A stretch of 62,094 bases of DNA, filler included, from Sphacelaria rigidula (taxonomy: Eukaryota), in NCBI GenBank assembly GCA_964200075.2. It is 5 parts of 5 records of this genome, joined end to end, with 100 filler letters (N's around TTAATTAATTAA, not from the genome) between each part and the next. Parts side by side here need not be neighbours in the genome. Positions count along the whole stretch, not along the records: positions 1 to 12,340 come from CAXNAA020003875.1; positions 12,441 to 24,780 come from CAXNAA020003876.1; 3 more parts are not named here. The stretch is one strand, 5' to 3'. Made by a program: the position numbers and the translations under genes. How positions within the stretch are numbered: position 1 is the stretch's first letter; each line of letters starts with the position of its first letter. The notes under the pieces are model-generated. The model had not been told where the DNA came from. It worked only from the letters and a program-made list of their open reading frames with translations, and made no database searches. Below are positions 1 through 13,169 of the stretch, piece by piece.

Positions 1-450
1 TGACGGTCGAGAAAGGAAAGAAATTGTTGAACACTTCTCGCAATAAAAAAAAAAGGCGACCACCTAAGAAGGAAGATAAAATAAAAAAAAAAAAAAAAAA
101 CTCCCTTGTTGACCTTCCTCCTGTGTGCCCACATATACCGAAAGGTGTAGACCGGCGTCCAGAATAGATGGGACGACAACACACACACAAGGCCCAACAG
201 TGGAGAGCAACCATGTCGTGGGTACTCAAATTCGACCTCACGGTCGACGAGGGAAAGGGACTGCTGGACCTCTCTCGCGATAAAAAAAAAAAGGCACGCA
301 CTTCGGAAGGAAAGTGGAGTACAAAAACAAAACAAAAGATAGAAAACTCCTATGTTGGCCTTCTCCCATGTGTGGCCTCGACTGATGCACCCACATACAC
401 TGAAGGGTGCAGACTGGCGTCCAGAATAGATGTGATGACACCACAAACAC
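1..450 (+). mobile_element. Two tandem bodies (~240 bp each) of a SINE-like repeat family
   Basis: 1-190 and 195-450 are similar to each other (acggtcga...aaaaaaggc...gaaggaa...ggcgtccagaatagatg). They are also the reverse complement of the element at 31512-31830, which carries a Pol III B-box. Confidence 0.7.
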
Positions 451-454
451 AACA

Positions 455-684
455 GGGTGTACCCTCCTGGTTTACTCACAAAAAAAGGGAACTCTCACAG
501 GCTCTCCTTTGCCGCGCCGTAGTTAAGCCAAGTGCAACGTGTGAAATGATATAAAATGGTCGGGCACGCTGCCCAGACACCTTGGGCGTAGGGCTGAGGC
601 ACTGGAACGTGTTCTCGGGGTGTTCAGCCCGCGTCCAGCGCCGCGCCCCTAGCCGAAAAACAAGTTTCCCTTTTTTGTATATTG
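455..684 (+). repeat. Solo arm of the foldback repeat family found at 10562-11992
   Basis: Matches 11730-11992 (actctcacaggct..cctttgccgcgccgtagttaag...cagcccgcgt.cagcgccgcgccc...ttttgtatattg). Confidence 0.75.
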
Positions 685-3600
685 CCATTATATCTGTCGA
701 CACCACCACTGAATCCTGTCCCGTCCGGTGCCGTATCGCGTCCTTCGCGAAAATACAAAAAAACAAGAATTCATCGGAATGTCCGCACTCCATTGGTGGA
801 TGCCCGCGCTTGGCCCGCATACAAAATTCATACAATTTTCAGGAGGAACTTTGCTGCTTACTTTTTCGATCGTGGGTAGAGTCATCACCGTGAAACTTGG
901 TGCAGTAGCCGGACACAACCCAGGTGGTATGTGCATCGGAGAACAGCTCCTTTTGGTTAACAAGCAAAAATGATGTGAATACCGATATACCGTCGATAAG
1001 CCCTCAAAACGGCTATTTCGCAGCCCAGATTTTGTGCCCTATGAGTGAAACCGTATGTGGACATGATGGTGTACTCACTTCCACATCATGTACACCTGGA
1101 AGGGTGCAGCTGGCGAGCATGAATCAGTACGGGCACACCCTCTGGAAAATGACAAGCTGCAAAAAAGTCGTTCCGGTATCGCCTGTAAAGATGTTCAGGG
1201 CGGAAGGCACGGTCGGACGCGTGCTGTCGTCGCTTCAAGGGGCAGAAACTTCGTCCACATGTCACGCAAACCACAGTCAACCAGCCCATGTGTCTGCATC
1301 TGGGGTTGGATGTTGCAACAGTGCGCGAGGGGATAAAAAGATCCCGGGTTCTGGTCCGGATTTTTTTGGGGGGGGGACAGGACTGTATCGTGCTGAGCTG
1401 TACTGTGTTTTACTGCAGCTGATCAAAGGGCTTAGGCAGGATTAGTTTACAGTACCTTGGACAGCGACTGGACTTCTTGTGCGCATGCTCATGCGATTCG
1501 GCGGAGGCCGGCGCTTGATATCTTTGGTGACGATGATGCTGCTCCGAGGACGACGTCGCAAGACCTCAGTCGCCGCCGTCGCCATGATCGAGTAGTGATG
1601 ATGTAACGTAGACGAGGACTATGCACCATAAGATGGCATGAATGCTACTCTGCGCAATGCACGGGCTGTGGGAGACTGTTAGCCCCGAATCCTACTAACG
1701 AAATACCAGTAGCACCCTTCCGGATATTGTTACGAACCACCTGTCACGCCTCGAGAGTGTACAGTGTACAGTGTGAACAAGGGTATCAACTTCGACCAGC
1801 GAAACAGTCACCTGAAGAATTCAAGGGTGGCTGTACCCGTGGGGCAATACAGCCTTTAAATTTGAACAGATACCGCAGTAGGAGATGCACTGCGTATGGT
1901 CGACTGGAACTGAAGTGGATGGATCTGACCGTCACATCTGTTACAGTATAGCAGCCTCTTTGCCTGTACCGCGGCCCAGTCATTTTTGCCGACACAAAAC
2001 TGTCATCAATCATCATCACAGTCACAGGAGACATGACGACGGTTTCATCAAAAGACCCCGCGAAACGGAACCAATTTCGCCGTTGAAAGGCGAAAGCGGG
2101 CGCAGTTTTGAACTGTCCCCGCGCACTGCACATCGAGCGTCGTTGAGACCTACCATAAGCTTGGGTTACCTTGCCACCTTGAATACTGGCAGGTGACTTT
2201 GATTCTCGCCCGTCGTGCAGAGTGCTGCGTGCGCTTGATTCGAAGGCCACGCCGAAAAAGCGCGGCGGAACTGCGAAAGACTAACGGCCGTTTATCGGAT
2301 AGCAGCTGTGCTGTACTACCGTAGCGAGATTGACAGTCACGTCCGCAGAACACACGAAATTCCATGCGCTCTGACGGCATTGCTGCCGCAGATGGTTAGC
2401 ATTGCTCTGGGGAAAAGTGCCCTCCTGCCACGATTCAGCGTCTGTCTCGATTTTTACACGGAATAGAAGAGCACCCCGCAATAGCTTGACAGTCGGCACC
2501 GGGCTAGAACCTGTTTGACGCGGGTTGGTACATGGACTAGTGCTGCGGAGGCGAAACATTGCGGGATCAAGAGGCGGAGAGGAGCGTGGGATGGGGCAAG
2601 GCTTATCCGTATGCTGTGCGTGAGGTGATATGGCAGGAAGACCATGGTCTGCCACAACCAGGCTGTTCAGCTCAGCAAGCAGCAGTGAGAGCGATACCAG
2701 CAGTGGTTTATGGGCAAATTCAACAAAGCGAGGTTAGTGACACTTCTTCCTGTAGTGTACTTGTTTACTGTGTGTAGAGTGCAGCTGTTAGTCTGCTTCG
2801 GATCTCCACATTTGACGTCTGTACAACCTCTGCTTCACGACTGGGCAGAATCTTTAGCAGCATGGTCTATTCTCATGCTACCGTCCGTCTTGGCACCTGG
2901 CCCTCACTGCAACCGGTAAGGACGATTAACAAGCGTTCCCTAGTCCAACTTCTCATACTCGCGGTCGCGAACACTCACTTGAGAAGGATGACGGGAAACA
3001 AGGCCAAAGAAATGAAGCCAGGGGGATGGCTTTCCGACCGTGTCCACCACTCTTTCTCCGTTCTGGGCCTGAAACCGAAGCAACATACGTTATTGCGCTG
3101 ACCTATGTAGAGGCAAGAGGGATTGCGAGTGGGCCAGGCGGCTCTACTGTATACAGTAGGGTCCCGACATAGTGCGGTGGGTACCCAACCCGGTACGACC
3201 GCACTATGCTGGGATCCCCTTATACTGGCATACTGCAGTGCAAATAGTTGATGTTAGTACAGTGGATTGGACTTGTGACGAATGATTTCGACTGGCTGTG
3301 GTGAGGACCCGCACTCTAAACGTACCGCAATGTAGGGGGACCCCCCATTGAACATAAAAATAGTGACAACACTCTTGATTCGTGTTAAGCTCGAAAGGGG
3401 GCGGGTGGGTGGTGGACTCTAAACTCCCAATTATGGCGCTGCGAAACGCGGTCAGACCCCCACGCCGAAGGCGACACATGTGAACAGGGTCTGCCATCGG
3501 ACACGGGTTAAGGATATGAATTTGAGCAAGACTCTAGCATGAGATCGGGGAATCAAACTGATGAGATGACTTGAGGTAACTCTGTGAACGGAGAGGTCGA

Positions 3601-4129
3601 TGATTTTTTCTCGGAGATCACTCCGCACCCTATGAGAATGGGATGGGAAGAGAAGGGGTCACCTGGCGAGCATCTATATGCATTAGGTCACTCCTTGGCT
3701 GCTGCTGCTATTTTCATGTCGCTTCAAACCCGTTGAGAGCCACCGTTATCTAACGTCCAGAGGCCTACTGGCAGGTGATCATTGCTAGCGGATCATGGCG
3801 ATTATCACGCAAATGCTGCAAATAGTACACGGTTCGGACGAATCAGAGTTCATGCGAGTTGACTCCTCCTCATGAATGTTGAGTGCGAGTCACGTGCTCA
3901 AGAGTTATGCGGTATAAATCACGGATGGTTAAAGTCTCACGTTCAAGGTCGTACCGCATTTATTATGAACCGGGAATGTGTAAATTTCAAGTAGCGTCAC
4001 ACGAACGAAGAGTGTAAGAATGCACGAATCATATTTTCTTACGTATCACAGGTGGAGAAATGTCACATTGATTCATTCCGCACGAATCGTATTTGGAAAA
4101 ATGTATCAATGACGCGTACATGACTCATC

Positions 4130-5210
4130 CGGTATGAATGAACAGTGGGAAACATGTACCTAAAATTCGTGTCATTCGAATGGCAAATGGGAAGCGTGTA
4201 CCCGTAATTTATGCCGGATGAGTGGAAATCCAGAAAGCATGTGCACTTGATTCATCTCACATGAATCACAGATGGAAACATGCAGATTTGATTCATGTTC
4301 AATGAATGAAAAGAGAGAAGTGTGAACCCGCTGACCCGGAGCAACGCATCGCATTCTTCACCCCCCGAATGGTACAGTAGTAGAGCGACCCATTTTTTTT
4401 CGAAAGTATTAGTACTGGGTACTACAACACCCACCCCAATCAGTCGACATAGACAGATGAAAAGCACGGACGCGCTGTTTGATAATGCTGTGCTGTGTAC
4501 ACTATACTATATTGCTACTGCTATGAGTATGGGCGATCGGATACTTGTGTTTGTATTTCACTGGAACAAACATGTCGTAATCAATTTCCATTACACCGTC
4601 GGACCACCACGACGTAGATAGCTACTGCTGCTTGCTAACGTTTTTCAACAATCATCCATCCTAGAGGAAACAGTTTTCATCGTCCTGTACACCTATCGAG
4701 GAAGCGACGCGGTTTGGTCTGCTCTGGTCCCTCAAACACTCAGCTTTGTGCCGGTTCCAGGCCCGTGATGTCGGGTCGTGTTCGGTCTACCTCGTAACAC
4801 CGCAACAAACTATTGCCGGGGCGTGTTCGGCACATGAAAAGAAAGTATCGAGCCTGTCTCTGACCCCACCCATTGCACCTGCAGGGAGACCTCAGCCGTT
4901 CCATCTGCAGCGGGGCCAAAAGGTACCTTTCACTGTTACTATTAGTCAATATTTCCCGCAATTTCGACGTCACTTCGTTCCCATAGAAAAATGTCTGACT
5001 CATTTTTCAGTACCCTGTGTTCTCATCAATTATGCCACACGGATGATAGGCGGGGAACAGGTACATACGACTCTTGCTGCATGATTGGAAAGTGGGAAAT
5101 ATGTACGCTTGATTCACCTCGTATGATTCATGCCGCATGAATGGAAGGTAGGAAACACGTACCTGCGATTCATACCATATGAATGGAAGGTGGGAAACAT
5201 GTACCTTCGA
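4130..5210. repeat. Degenerate ~42-bp tandem array in two blocks (about 4130-4330 and 5040-5210)
   Basis: Recurring unit close to atgaatggaaggtgggaaacatgtacctgcgattcataccat. The two blocks are separated by ~700 bp of unrelated sequence. Confidence 0.6.
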
Positions 5211-7086
5211 CGGTGTACCTCATGAGGTGTCGCCCGGTAATATGTCTCATGTCGGGTCCAGCGAATCACGAGCCCAGACATGTACGAATCGCATTTTGTG
5301 CACGAATCGTATGATTGGTCCGTACAAATGTTGGAACGTGGGACGAATCACGAGTATATTAGTCCGACCCTTCAAATAGTACAACCTCGGCGTATCTCAT
5401 TGTCAAATGCCACGTGAACCACTGATCCCGCTGCTTGATGGCACTCTCCTTTGGTTCAGTAAGTCGGTTGGCCTCGAAACACTACGGTCTTTGACTCCCT
5501 ACTTTGATTTAGCGTAGAGCTTGACCGGGGCGTTGTCATCCCAAATTCTATCTGGGTAACGCGTGACTTCACAAGACAAAAACACATGGTCCAGAAAATG
5601 CCTGCCCACTATGGATGATGGAGTAGCCCGCAGTCGTTGCTCTCAGTCACACCTAATCATTCTTCTGTATTGTGGTACGTGGAAGCCTTGTATTGCACAC
5701 AGTAGCAGCGGCAGCAGTACTGACTGTTGTGCACAGGATGCCGTCCGAGTGGTGATGTTGATTTACTTCACAGCAGAAAACAATACGGTAGAGCATGTAT
5801 TATCGTACTGAGTACCTTACTGACAAGGATTTGCCGAATGTCCACGGTGAGTTGAAACCTGTCCCTCTTTCGACATGTGATAGGTACAAGACGCCGACGA
5901 GCAGGCGGCGCGGACAAGGCGATCGTTGACGACGACGACCCTTTTTTTTCTGGCTCTGCTTTCGACGGCAGTGGCCGGTCTCCGGCTTCTGCGCCGTCCC
6001 TGAAGCGAGCGCTGCAGGCATCAAGGGTGCGGGCATCGGCGGCCTTGGCCAAAGCTTCACGGTAAGCCATGGCGACACGACCTGACAAGCGTACCCTCAC
6101 TTGTTTTACGTCATATTAGCCCTTGTTGACTCCTAACGTCTTTGTGCGGTCTTCACTGCAGGAGTGACCTATTGCTCCAGGAATATCATGTTGCAAACGT
6201 TTGCAGTAGCCCTTTGGGCGCCCGCAGATGGACTCGCGGCTCTGACGGTCATTCTTTAAGTGAACATGATTCCGATTCAACAGATCGACATGTACACGTG
6301 GGCAAGTCAAGAGGTTGTTAACTCGCGTAGACTTGAAACATCTACTGTACTTTTCCAGCCAGTCGCAAGCGAGTTGACGAAAATACGGTCCGGTGGTCAT
6401 TTTGAGCAGGAATCAAACCAACACCGTTGGTGAGGTTGATGGTTTGATTCCTGCACTCGCGTCTTTTTTCTCCCCTGTTACTAAGGGGGTTGTTGTTTGA
6501 CTCCAAAATTAACTGTCGTCGACACCAACAGAGAACACAATAATATGCTCCCACACGAAAGACCCACTGAGTACCGCGGACGCTGTGTCGACGCTCTAGT
6601 TGTGCCATACAATGTGTAGCTTGCACAGGTTGATGAGTACTAGATATCGTGAATCTCTCGTTGCCTAATAGCCAGCAAGGTATCAGGTGTGGGGAATGAC
6701 GTCTCGTGGATCTTTTCTTGGGGGCCGGAATCACGGTATCTCAGGAAGAACTTCGAGGCCGTGCTCTCCACGGTAGAATTAGTTACCTGCGTGTGAAATC
6801 AAAAAGGGTTGGTCGAACGAACAGGCCACATTTCATACCATAGTTGACGACGGAGCGGGGGGCACGCCCACCGCGTTTTGACCCTTCCATCGTCTGCAGA
6901 TGAATTACAGTGACGGCCATGGGTGGTGCTTTATATATTAATGGAATGAAAAATGGTACCGATGCAAGAGACCGACAACCTGGACGCTCAAAAATGGTCA
7001 TCACGAGGCCAAACACTGCTAGCCGTCGGGAGCTTTTGGGCCCGCCAGTTGTAAGACTAGCGGGATGACGAGAACAGAAGAAAATG

Positions 7087-7147
<61 letters not shown>

Positions 7148-8038
7148 ATGGTGTGGTGTGGTGTGTACCATTTTTGCGTCTACTACACATGTATTTTGGT
7201 TGATGATGCAGTAGGTGGTATTCCGGGTGGCGCAGCACTCTTTGACACTTGGTTGCTTGTGCGGCGACCCGAACACAGCACGCGGTGATCTTTTCAGCGT
7301 ATATGCTACGCGCAATAGTCACACTTTTTGAAGGGTGTATATTATCCACTCCGCGTTTACCCTCTCCCTCCCCAAAAAACACCCCATGGAACCCTCGGCC
7401 TTCGCTTATATACGGCTGCCTCCCTCTGAGAGAATTGTCATCGACGGCAGCATTTGAACACCCCCCCCGGTGAAAGTTTTTCTCGAGAACGAAATCACGA
7501 ACAAATGGCTGTCAAGCCGAGGCAAGCCGTTTTTGTTTCAACAAGCGACACAATCCGAAACCATGCGTCTGCAGCGCCGCCATCAGTAACCGGTGAGCAA
7601 TCCACGTACTTTCGTGTACGAGCGGACGAAAAAAAATATATGATTTCATATCAGGTACAGCCGCGGCCATGTTCTCTTCATGCCCAATACTTCCTCTGGC
7701 GTACGCTATTTTTATTTGTTCTTCCAGATCGAATCATCACATCCCCATCCTTCCCGCCACTGTGAATGTTGTTGGTGGATACCGACTAACAAAAAATATT
7801 GTTCTACCGACCCTCGATTGGCCCCAAAGCTTTCCTCCCCCGCAGCCTTCGAAGTCTTATATGTGTCTCTCTACTGCAAGCTTATGCCCGCGTGCCCGCC
7901 CGCCTTCTCGCCCTCTCCCATGCCACAAATCTGGGCAGGCTGCAAGAGGAAACGGTTCGCCTACGGGCCGCGTTGAAAGTATCGCAAAAGGAGGCTGAAA
8001 GAGCGGACAAGTTGGAGGATGACGTGGCTACTCGCGAG
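4885..8038 (+). CDS. Partial multi-exon hypothetical coiled-coil protein (exons 4885-4922, 5884-6061, 7939-8038)
   Basis: AG/GT-bounded, phase-compatible exons splice to ETSAVPSAAGPK-GTRRRRAGG...RALQASRVRASAALAKASR-LQEETVRLRAALKVSQKEAERADKLEDDVATRE. Strong gtaagc donor at 6062. No family recognised. Confidence 0.5.
7088..7147. repeat. (CAA)n microsatellite
   Basis: About 20 perfect caa units. Confidence 0.97.
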
Positions 8039-9022
8039 GTTTGTTGTTACGCAATTGTTGGGCACATGAGTGTCGTTTCATTCTTGTGTTGTTATACTTG
8101 CGGGGAGAACGGCAAATGCTTCACGCGTATATATTGTTTCCAAGGGTTTCGTTTTCGTCCCATGACTCTGTCTGATTGATGAGAGACAGCACGGCGTGAT
8201 AACATCGGTAGCGCTGCTTCATTCTTCATGTTTTGGCGAAGAGTTTCGAAGAACAGTTGGCTTCTTCTTAGCCTTTATCAGGACAGCCTGATCACAGCTC
8301 GTAGTCGTGTGTTGTTTCACGGTTGTGCTTGAGCTCTTCCTCATCACCTCGCTTGTTTCACGAAAAGTAACGAAAACAAAAATAACATCGTCGCCGTTCA
8401 AGGGAGGCAATCGTTCAGTCGTATTTTGCCGAAATTCGCATCAGATTTTGTTTTGGCAGTTATTCCTTCTCGCTTCGCCACAAACTTTTCATCCCAATCT
8501 CACAGCCGCCGCCACATACACATGCCGATGACAAGAGTGATCCTGTTCACATGAAGCCTACCGTCGCACGCAAAACATTCCAAGGGTCGGACAAATAACG
8601 ATTCGTCTGGACATGACTTGGTTTTAGTATAATTGATTCGACTCGTACGAATCAATCCCTAGGCTTTGTTTTCCGCGTTGCAACCCAGGTACACGTAGCC
8701 CAGGGACGTGGAATGGCGCAAAAGTTGCGTGGATACCCCTTGGACCAGAGTTCAACTTTTTTCTCCCTTTTGGGCAATGAGGCCGAAGAAATCGTGGATT
8801 TGGTAATTCTTAGTCGTAATGAGTCGTCCTCCCCGTGAAGCATTCCTCGTCACACGAGTAAGTCAACGGCAAGAAGGGTCAAAAGTTAGTATCGTGAAAA
8901 ACGACCAATCGGACGACGCTTGGAAACACTTCACAGTACAATTGCTAACTCATTGCGGTTTCGTACTGCAAGTGCATAGCTCGCAGAGCTCCGTCGGTAA
9001 AGCGTGGCTCTGACGAAGCCGA

Positions 9023-9337
9023 GGTCCCGGTGGTTTAATGGTCCGACTGTCGCCATCAGGGTGGAGAGAACGAGGGTTCGACTCCCGATGCGTTGAGTTT
9101 TTTCTTCGTAGTATCTGATTTCCACCGTGGAAAGCGTGATAATAACGTGAGTACACAAAGTAGTTGACTGGTTTTGTTGCACGTGGGTTGATGCGGTGAG
9201 GGAGTGCTGACCAAATCCTCGAGACCAAAATGCAAGACGTGTACAGAGGAGAGATGGGTTGATCGCTGGAGACACACGGACTCGTCCCGAGGAAGAGGAG
9301 GGGTTCAAAGTGCGACACATGAAAAAAAAAAAAAAAA
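9023..9337 (+). mobile_element. tRNA-derived SINE with poly(A) tail
   Basis: A-box tggtttaatgg at 9031-9041 and B-box ggttcgactcc at 9075-9085. The acceptor stem does not close. The body ends aagtgcgacacatg followed by A16. Confidence 0.7.
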
Positions 9338-10262
9338 CGCAACCGCAAAGAAGTTTAAGCGGCGCAGGCGAAAGACGCGCAATAAGAGTACATGCAACAT
9401 ACATATTTATAAAAATAGTGAACGTGAGATGGGAGGGGATGGGATTTGAGTTGTTTTGGGGATTCTTGGAGAAGAGGAAAACAACACACACGATTCATTC
9501 GAAAATGTATCCCGTAAAACGTTAAGGTCTAGCTCATGCAGTACACATTGCTACTCGACCTCGGCATACCGTCCGCCATCATCCTATCGGCCGGGGCGTT
9601 GATATCTTGAACATTTTTCCTGTGTAGTTAGTCCTTTTTGCCGGCAGCTGGTGATGGAGAGATTCGTCTGTACTATAGTAGCAGTCTTCACGAGAATATT
9701 GCCCGTTCAGATGTTGCTTGCATTGTGTCCAAGAGTGTGGTCTATCGTATAATCAGTCAATGGTGGTATGAGGTCGAGTGGATTATGTTCGAAATTTCTA
9801 CATTGTGGTACAGTACATCTATACCAAAATGGTCATTGTCGGCATTCACCGGATTGTATATATTATACACCTTGGACAATATATGGTCAATAGTTGCAAT
9901 AGACAAGAAAAGTACTGCATAAAGGATAGGCCGATTGAGACTATTGTCGGCCGGCAATAGTTGCAGTAGGCCTATACTTTATGCAGTACACTTCTCGTCT
10001 GTTGCATCTATTGGCCATACATTGTCCATGGTGTGATATATTCGCATATGCAAGCATGCCACTGTTTTGCTCGTTTACACACACAACACACGAATGCTAC
10101 TGTAAATTCTTGGCATATAACCGATGTATACGTACACATGTCCTAGTTTTTCATAAACCACAACCAGTACCATTCAGTTACCGTCTGAAGCTTCACATGA
10201 CAGAATTGCCAGGTTTCCCGCAAGTACTGTCTAGCCGATCTCACGGCCACTCTTTGATTGAC

Positions 10263-10372
10263 CTTTTCCGCATCTTCTGCCGCCTGTCTTGAACTTGTAT
10301 CCTTGTGCATGTCGCCAATCGCGGGTACAGATTGGTGGGACTGTGCCGCATGAGAGGAATTTCTCGGAATGA
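10263..10372 (-). CDS. Isolated candidate exon of an unknown gene
   Basis: Acceptor tttttccatttag and donor AAG|gtcaat bound an open frame IPRNSSHAAQSHQSVPAIGDMHKDTSSRQAAEDAEK. Confidence 0.3.
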
Positions 10373-10561
10373 CTAAATGGAAAAAGATGAATGTTGTCAT
10401 GAAGTCTACTTTTTTATACTCTACATCAATGAAATACGGACTACTGCTAAAGATATTCGTGGACACCCACAGCATGTTCGTTGGGAAAAGTACTACCTTT
10501 AGCTCGCAGAACACTACTCCCGTGCTTGTTTGTCAATCCACTATGGCTTAATAATACAGAA

Positions 10562-11992
10562 CAATATACACAAAGGGGTACACCCTGGTTCTTCTGGAAC
10601 AAAAAAGGGTAACACAGTTTTCGGTCCGGGGCACGGTGCTGCACGCGGGTTGAACACCTCGAAAGCACGTTCCAGCGTCTCAGCCCCACGCATAAGGTGT
10701 CTGGGCAGCATGCTCGGCAATTTTTCGTCATATTCAAACGTGACACCAGGCTTAGCTTCGGCGCGGGAAAGGACAACCTGTGAGAGTACCTTTTTGTGTG
10801 AACAAACAAGGAGGGTACACCCTGCGCGCTGCTAAAACGACATCATCGCTTGCCGGTTTTATTCGTGTGTGGACCCATGAACCCTTCCGGAACCGTTGAT
10901 GGAAAGATGACGATTTACAGTCGGCATTTTTTTAGCAAGATATGTTTTTTTTTGTAACTGTTGATGTATCATGCAGCCCACTAAAACCGTGCACCACTTT
11001 AAGTTCAAGTATACTAATATGACAGATTTGTGCACCGAACAAACTCGAAGTGACGTTTTCCCGGTGACGAAAGCTCGCATATGGGAGTTCGTTGCACTGT
11101 TTTTCGCGAGTTCCAAAAGGGTTGATGCCCAAGTGCATATCCTCCTCTACCCCTTTTTGTGAAGTGGTGACCGTACCGCCGCCTCCGCAGAAGATACACC
11201 GAACAGTCACCACCATACCCATTTTTTGTGAATTACACCTCGCCACAAGGGCCGAAACTCAACGACCGAGAAATTGCAGCCCCCTACTGGTTGGCGCGCG
11301 GACGCGGAAGATCCAACGACGAATCCAGGACGCGAACGCTTGCGTGCCGGAGCTCACAACGATCCAACGAATATGCGTGAAACTTCTTGCTGATACACAC
11401 AGGCCCGAACGGCATTACACATGTTCGTTGAATCTTTGTGAGCTCCGGCACACCAGTGTTCGCTTCCTGGATACATCGGCAGATCTTCCGCGTCTGCGGG
11501 CCAACCAGCAAGGGGCTACAATGCCTCAGTCGTTGGGTTTTGGCCTTTTTGGTGGAGTGTAATTCACAAAAAAATGGGTTTGGTTGTGGCTGTCCGGCGT
11601 ATCTTCTGCGGAGCCGGCGGTACGGTCAACACTTCACAAAAAAAAGTAAAAGAAGGGTATGCACTTGAGCACTGAAGAGCCCACACGTCAACAAAAAAAG
11701 GCGAAATATGATTTTTTAGCGAAAAGCAGGGTGTGCCATCCTTGTTTGTCGACAAAAAAAATACTCTCACAGGCTGTCCTTTGCCGCGCCGTAGTTAAGT
11801 CTAGTACCACGCATGGAAATGAAAAAAAAATCCGACATGCTGCCCGGACAACTTGTGCGTGGGGCTGAGGCGCTGGCGCGTGTTTTTTCGAGGTGCTCAG
11901 CCCGCGTGCAGCGCCGCGCCCCAAACCGAACAATATGTTACCCTTTTTCGTTCTGAAAGCACCAGGGTGTATGTACCCTTTTTTGTATATTG
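10562..11992. mobile_element. 1.4-kb foldback/palindromic non-autonomous element
   Basis: Outer inverted repeats 10562-10824 and 11727-11992 (caatatacacaaaggggtacacc...gtacccttttttgtatattg). Inner inverted repeats about 11125-11390 and 11415-11672. Confidence 0.8.
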
Positions 11993-12340
11993 CCCGATAC
12001 ATATTCAACGTGACTCTACTCGTTCCCCTTACAATGAATATTGCTAAATCATACACCATGTTATGAATCGGCTTCAACTCCATTTTTACTCCCTGTTTTC
12101 TAACGTCTCCCTCGACCCGTTCTTCCGGTCGTGTGGCTGTGCTGCGGTTGGGAGTCGGGCTGAGGAGGGAGCCGATATTAGTGTATGTATATACTTCCTC
12201 TGGCTCATGAGTCTGGTCCGTTATGTTTATACGAGCCCTTAACGGTGTCCGATTTGATTTTTTATTCTTTTATTGCATTAATTGGCGTTTTTTGAGCAAG
12301 AAACAACACTCTTTCCACAACGTGGGTGCTCAACGCGTGC

Positions 12341-12440
12341 NNNNNNNNNNNNNNNNNNNNNNNNNNNNNNNNNNNNNNNNNNNNTTAATTAATTAANNNN
12401 NNNNNNNNNNNNNNNNNNNNNNNNNNNNNNNNNNNNNNNN
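12341..12440. other. Artificial contig spacer (N44-TTAATTAATTAA-N44)
   Basis: 100-nt linker with stop codons in all six frames. Confidence 0.98.
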
Positions 12441-13169
12441 TTTTGTGGGGGGGGGGGGTGGGTTGGTTTGGCTTGCATTATCCGTTGGTGGGGGGGGGCG
12501 GTGGTGAGTCTTCGTGTGGGGGGGGGGGGGGGGGGGGTGGCGGTTCCATGCCGTGGACCCGCTTCCGACGATCCAAAAAAATGAGAGCATGAAAAAAGGT
12601 ACGTTGGAGAAGAGAAAAAAAAAACGCGGCGTGTTTCCCCCTCGAAAATAGAGGGCTGGCGGATACTGCCACCCTGGTATAACTTCCTCTCACAACGGTC
12701 CGTGAGGATTCCGGCATAAGCGTTTTCCGGTGCTCGCAGGTTGAGTTACGAGCGGAATGGGGAGATACCGCGATATAATCCCGGAAGTATGTTCAAAATG
12801 CGGAGGAGATGTACCAGCAGAATCGGAGGCGTTATTTTTCCGAACTTTTTTTCGACGGGTTGTTCCGAGAAATTGCCACGTTAGTCCCGCCGGAAACTGA
12901 ACTGCGACCACGAGAAAAACGCTAACGTGCGTCACAACACAACACCCCCCACGAGTACAACGGTGTTCATTTCCGAGACATCAGAATCCGCCTCAAATAG
13001 CCTTTTTCTTGGATTCGAAAAAAAAAACACGATGCGGGAGGGTCAACAAGGCACTTTCCCCAGTGTTTTTCGTTCCGCAAGCAGCGGCTCAAGGTTTCTT
13101 GCAAAAAGGCACAGAATTTGGTGTGAAACAATGGCAGCAACCAACAAGCGAACGATCAACCGTGCTCAC

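Noticed and set aside
860-1585. Minus-strand gene (MATAATEVLRRR... exon 1456-1585 plus small downstream exons)
   Set aside because: Splice sites are plausible, but several frames are equally possible and no protein family is recognisable.
4130-5210. CRISPR-like array (also 39494-39700)
   Set aside because: The units are degenerate along their whole length, with no conserved repeat/unique spacer alternation, no cas genes and a eukaryotic context.
6783-7382. Poly-Cys and poly-Val ORFs
   Set aside because: Artefacts of the (CAA)n microsatellite. The same applies to ORF 44160-44843.
9023-9096. Functional tRNA gene
   Set aside because: A- and B-boxes are present, but the acceptor stem does not close and there is no clean anticodon arm. 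It is followed by a body and an A-tail, so it is better explained as a SINE head.
12385-12396. TTAATTAATTAA palindrome as a biological site
   Set aside because: It is an artificial six-frame-stop linker embedded in N runs.
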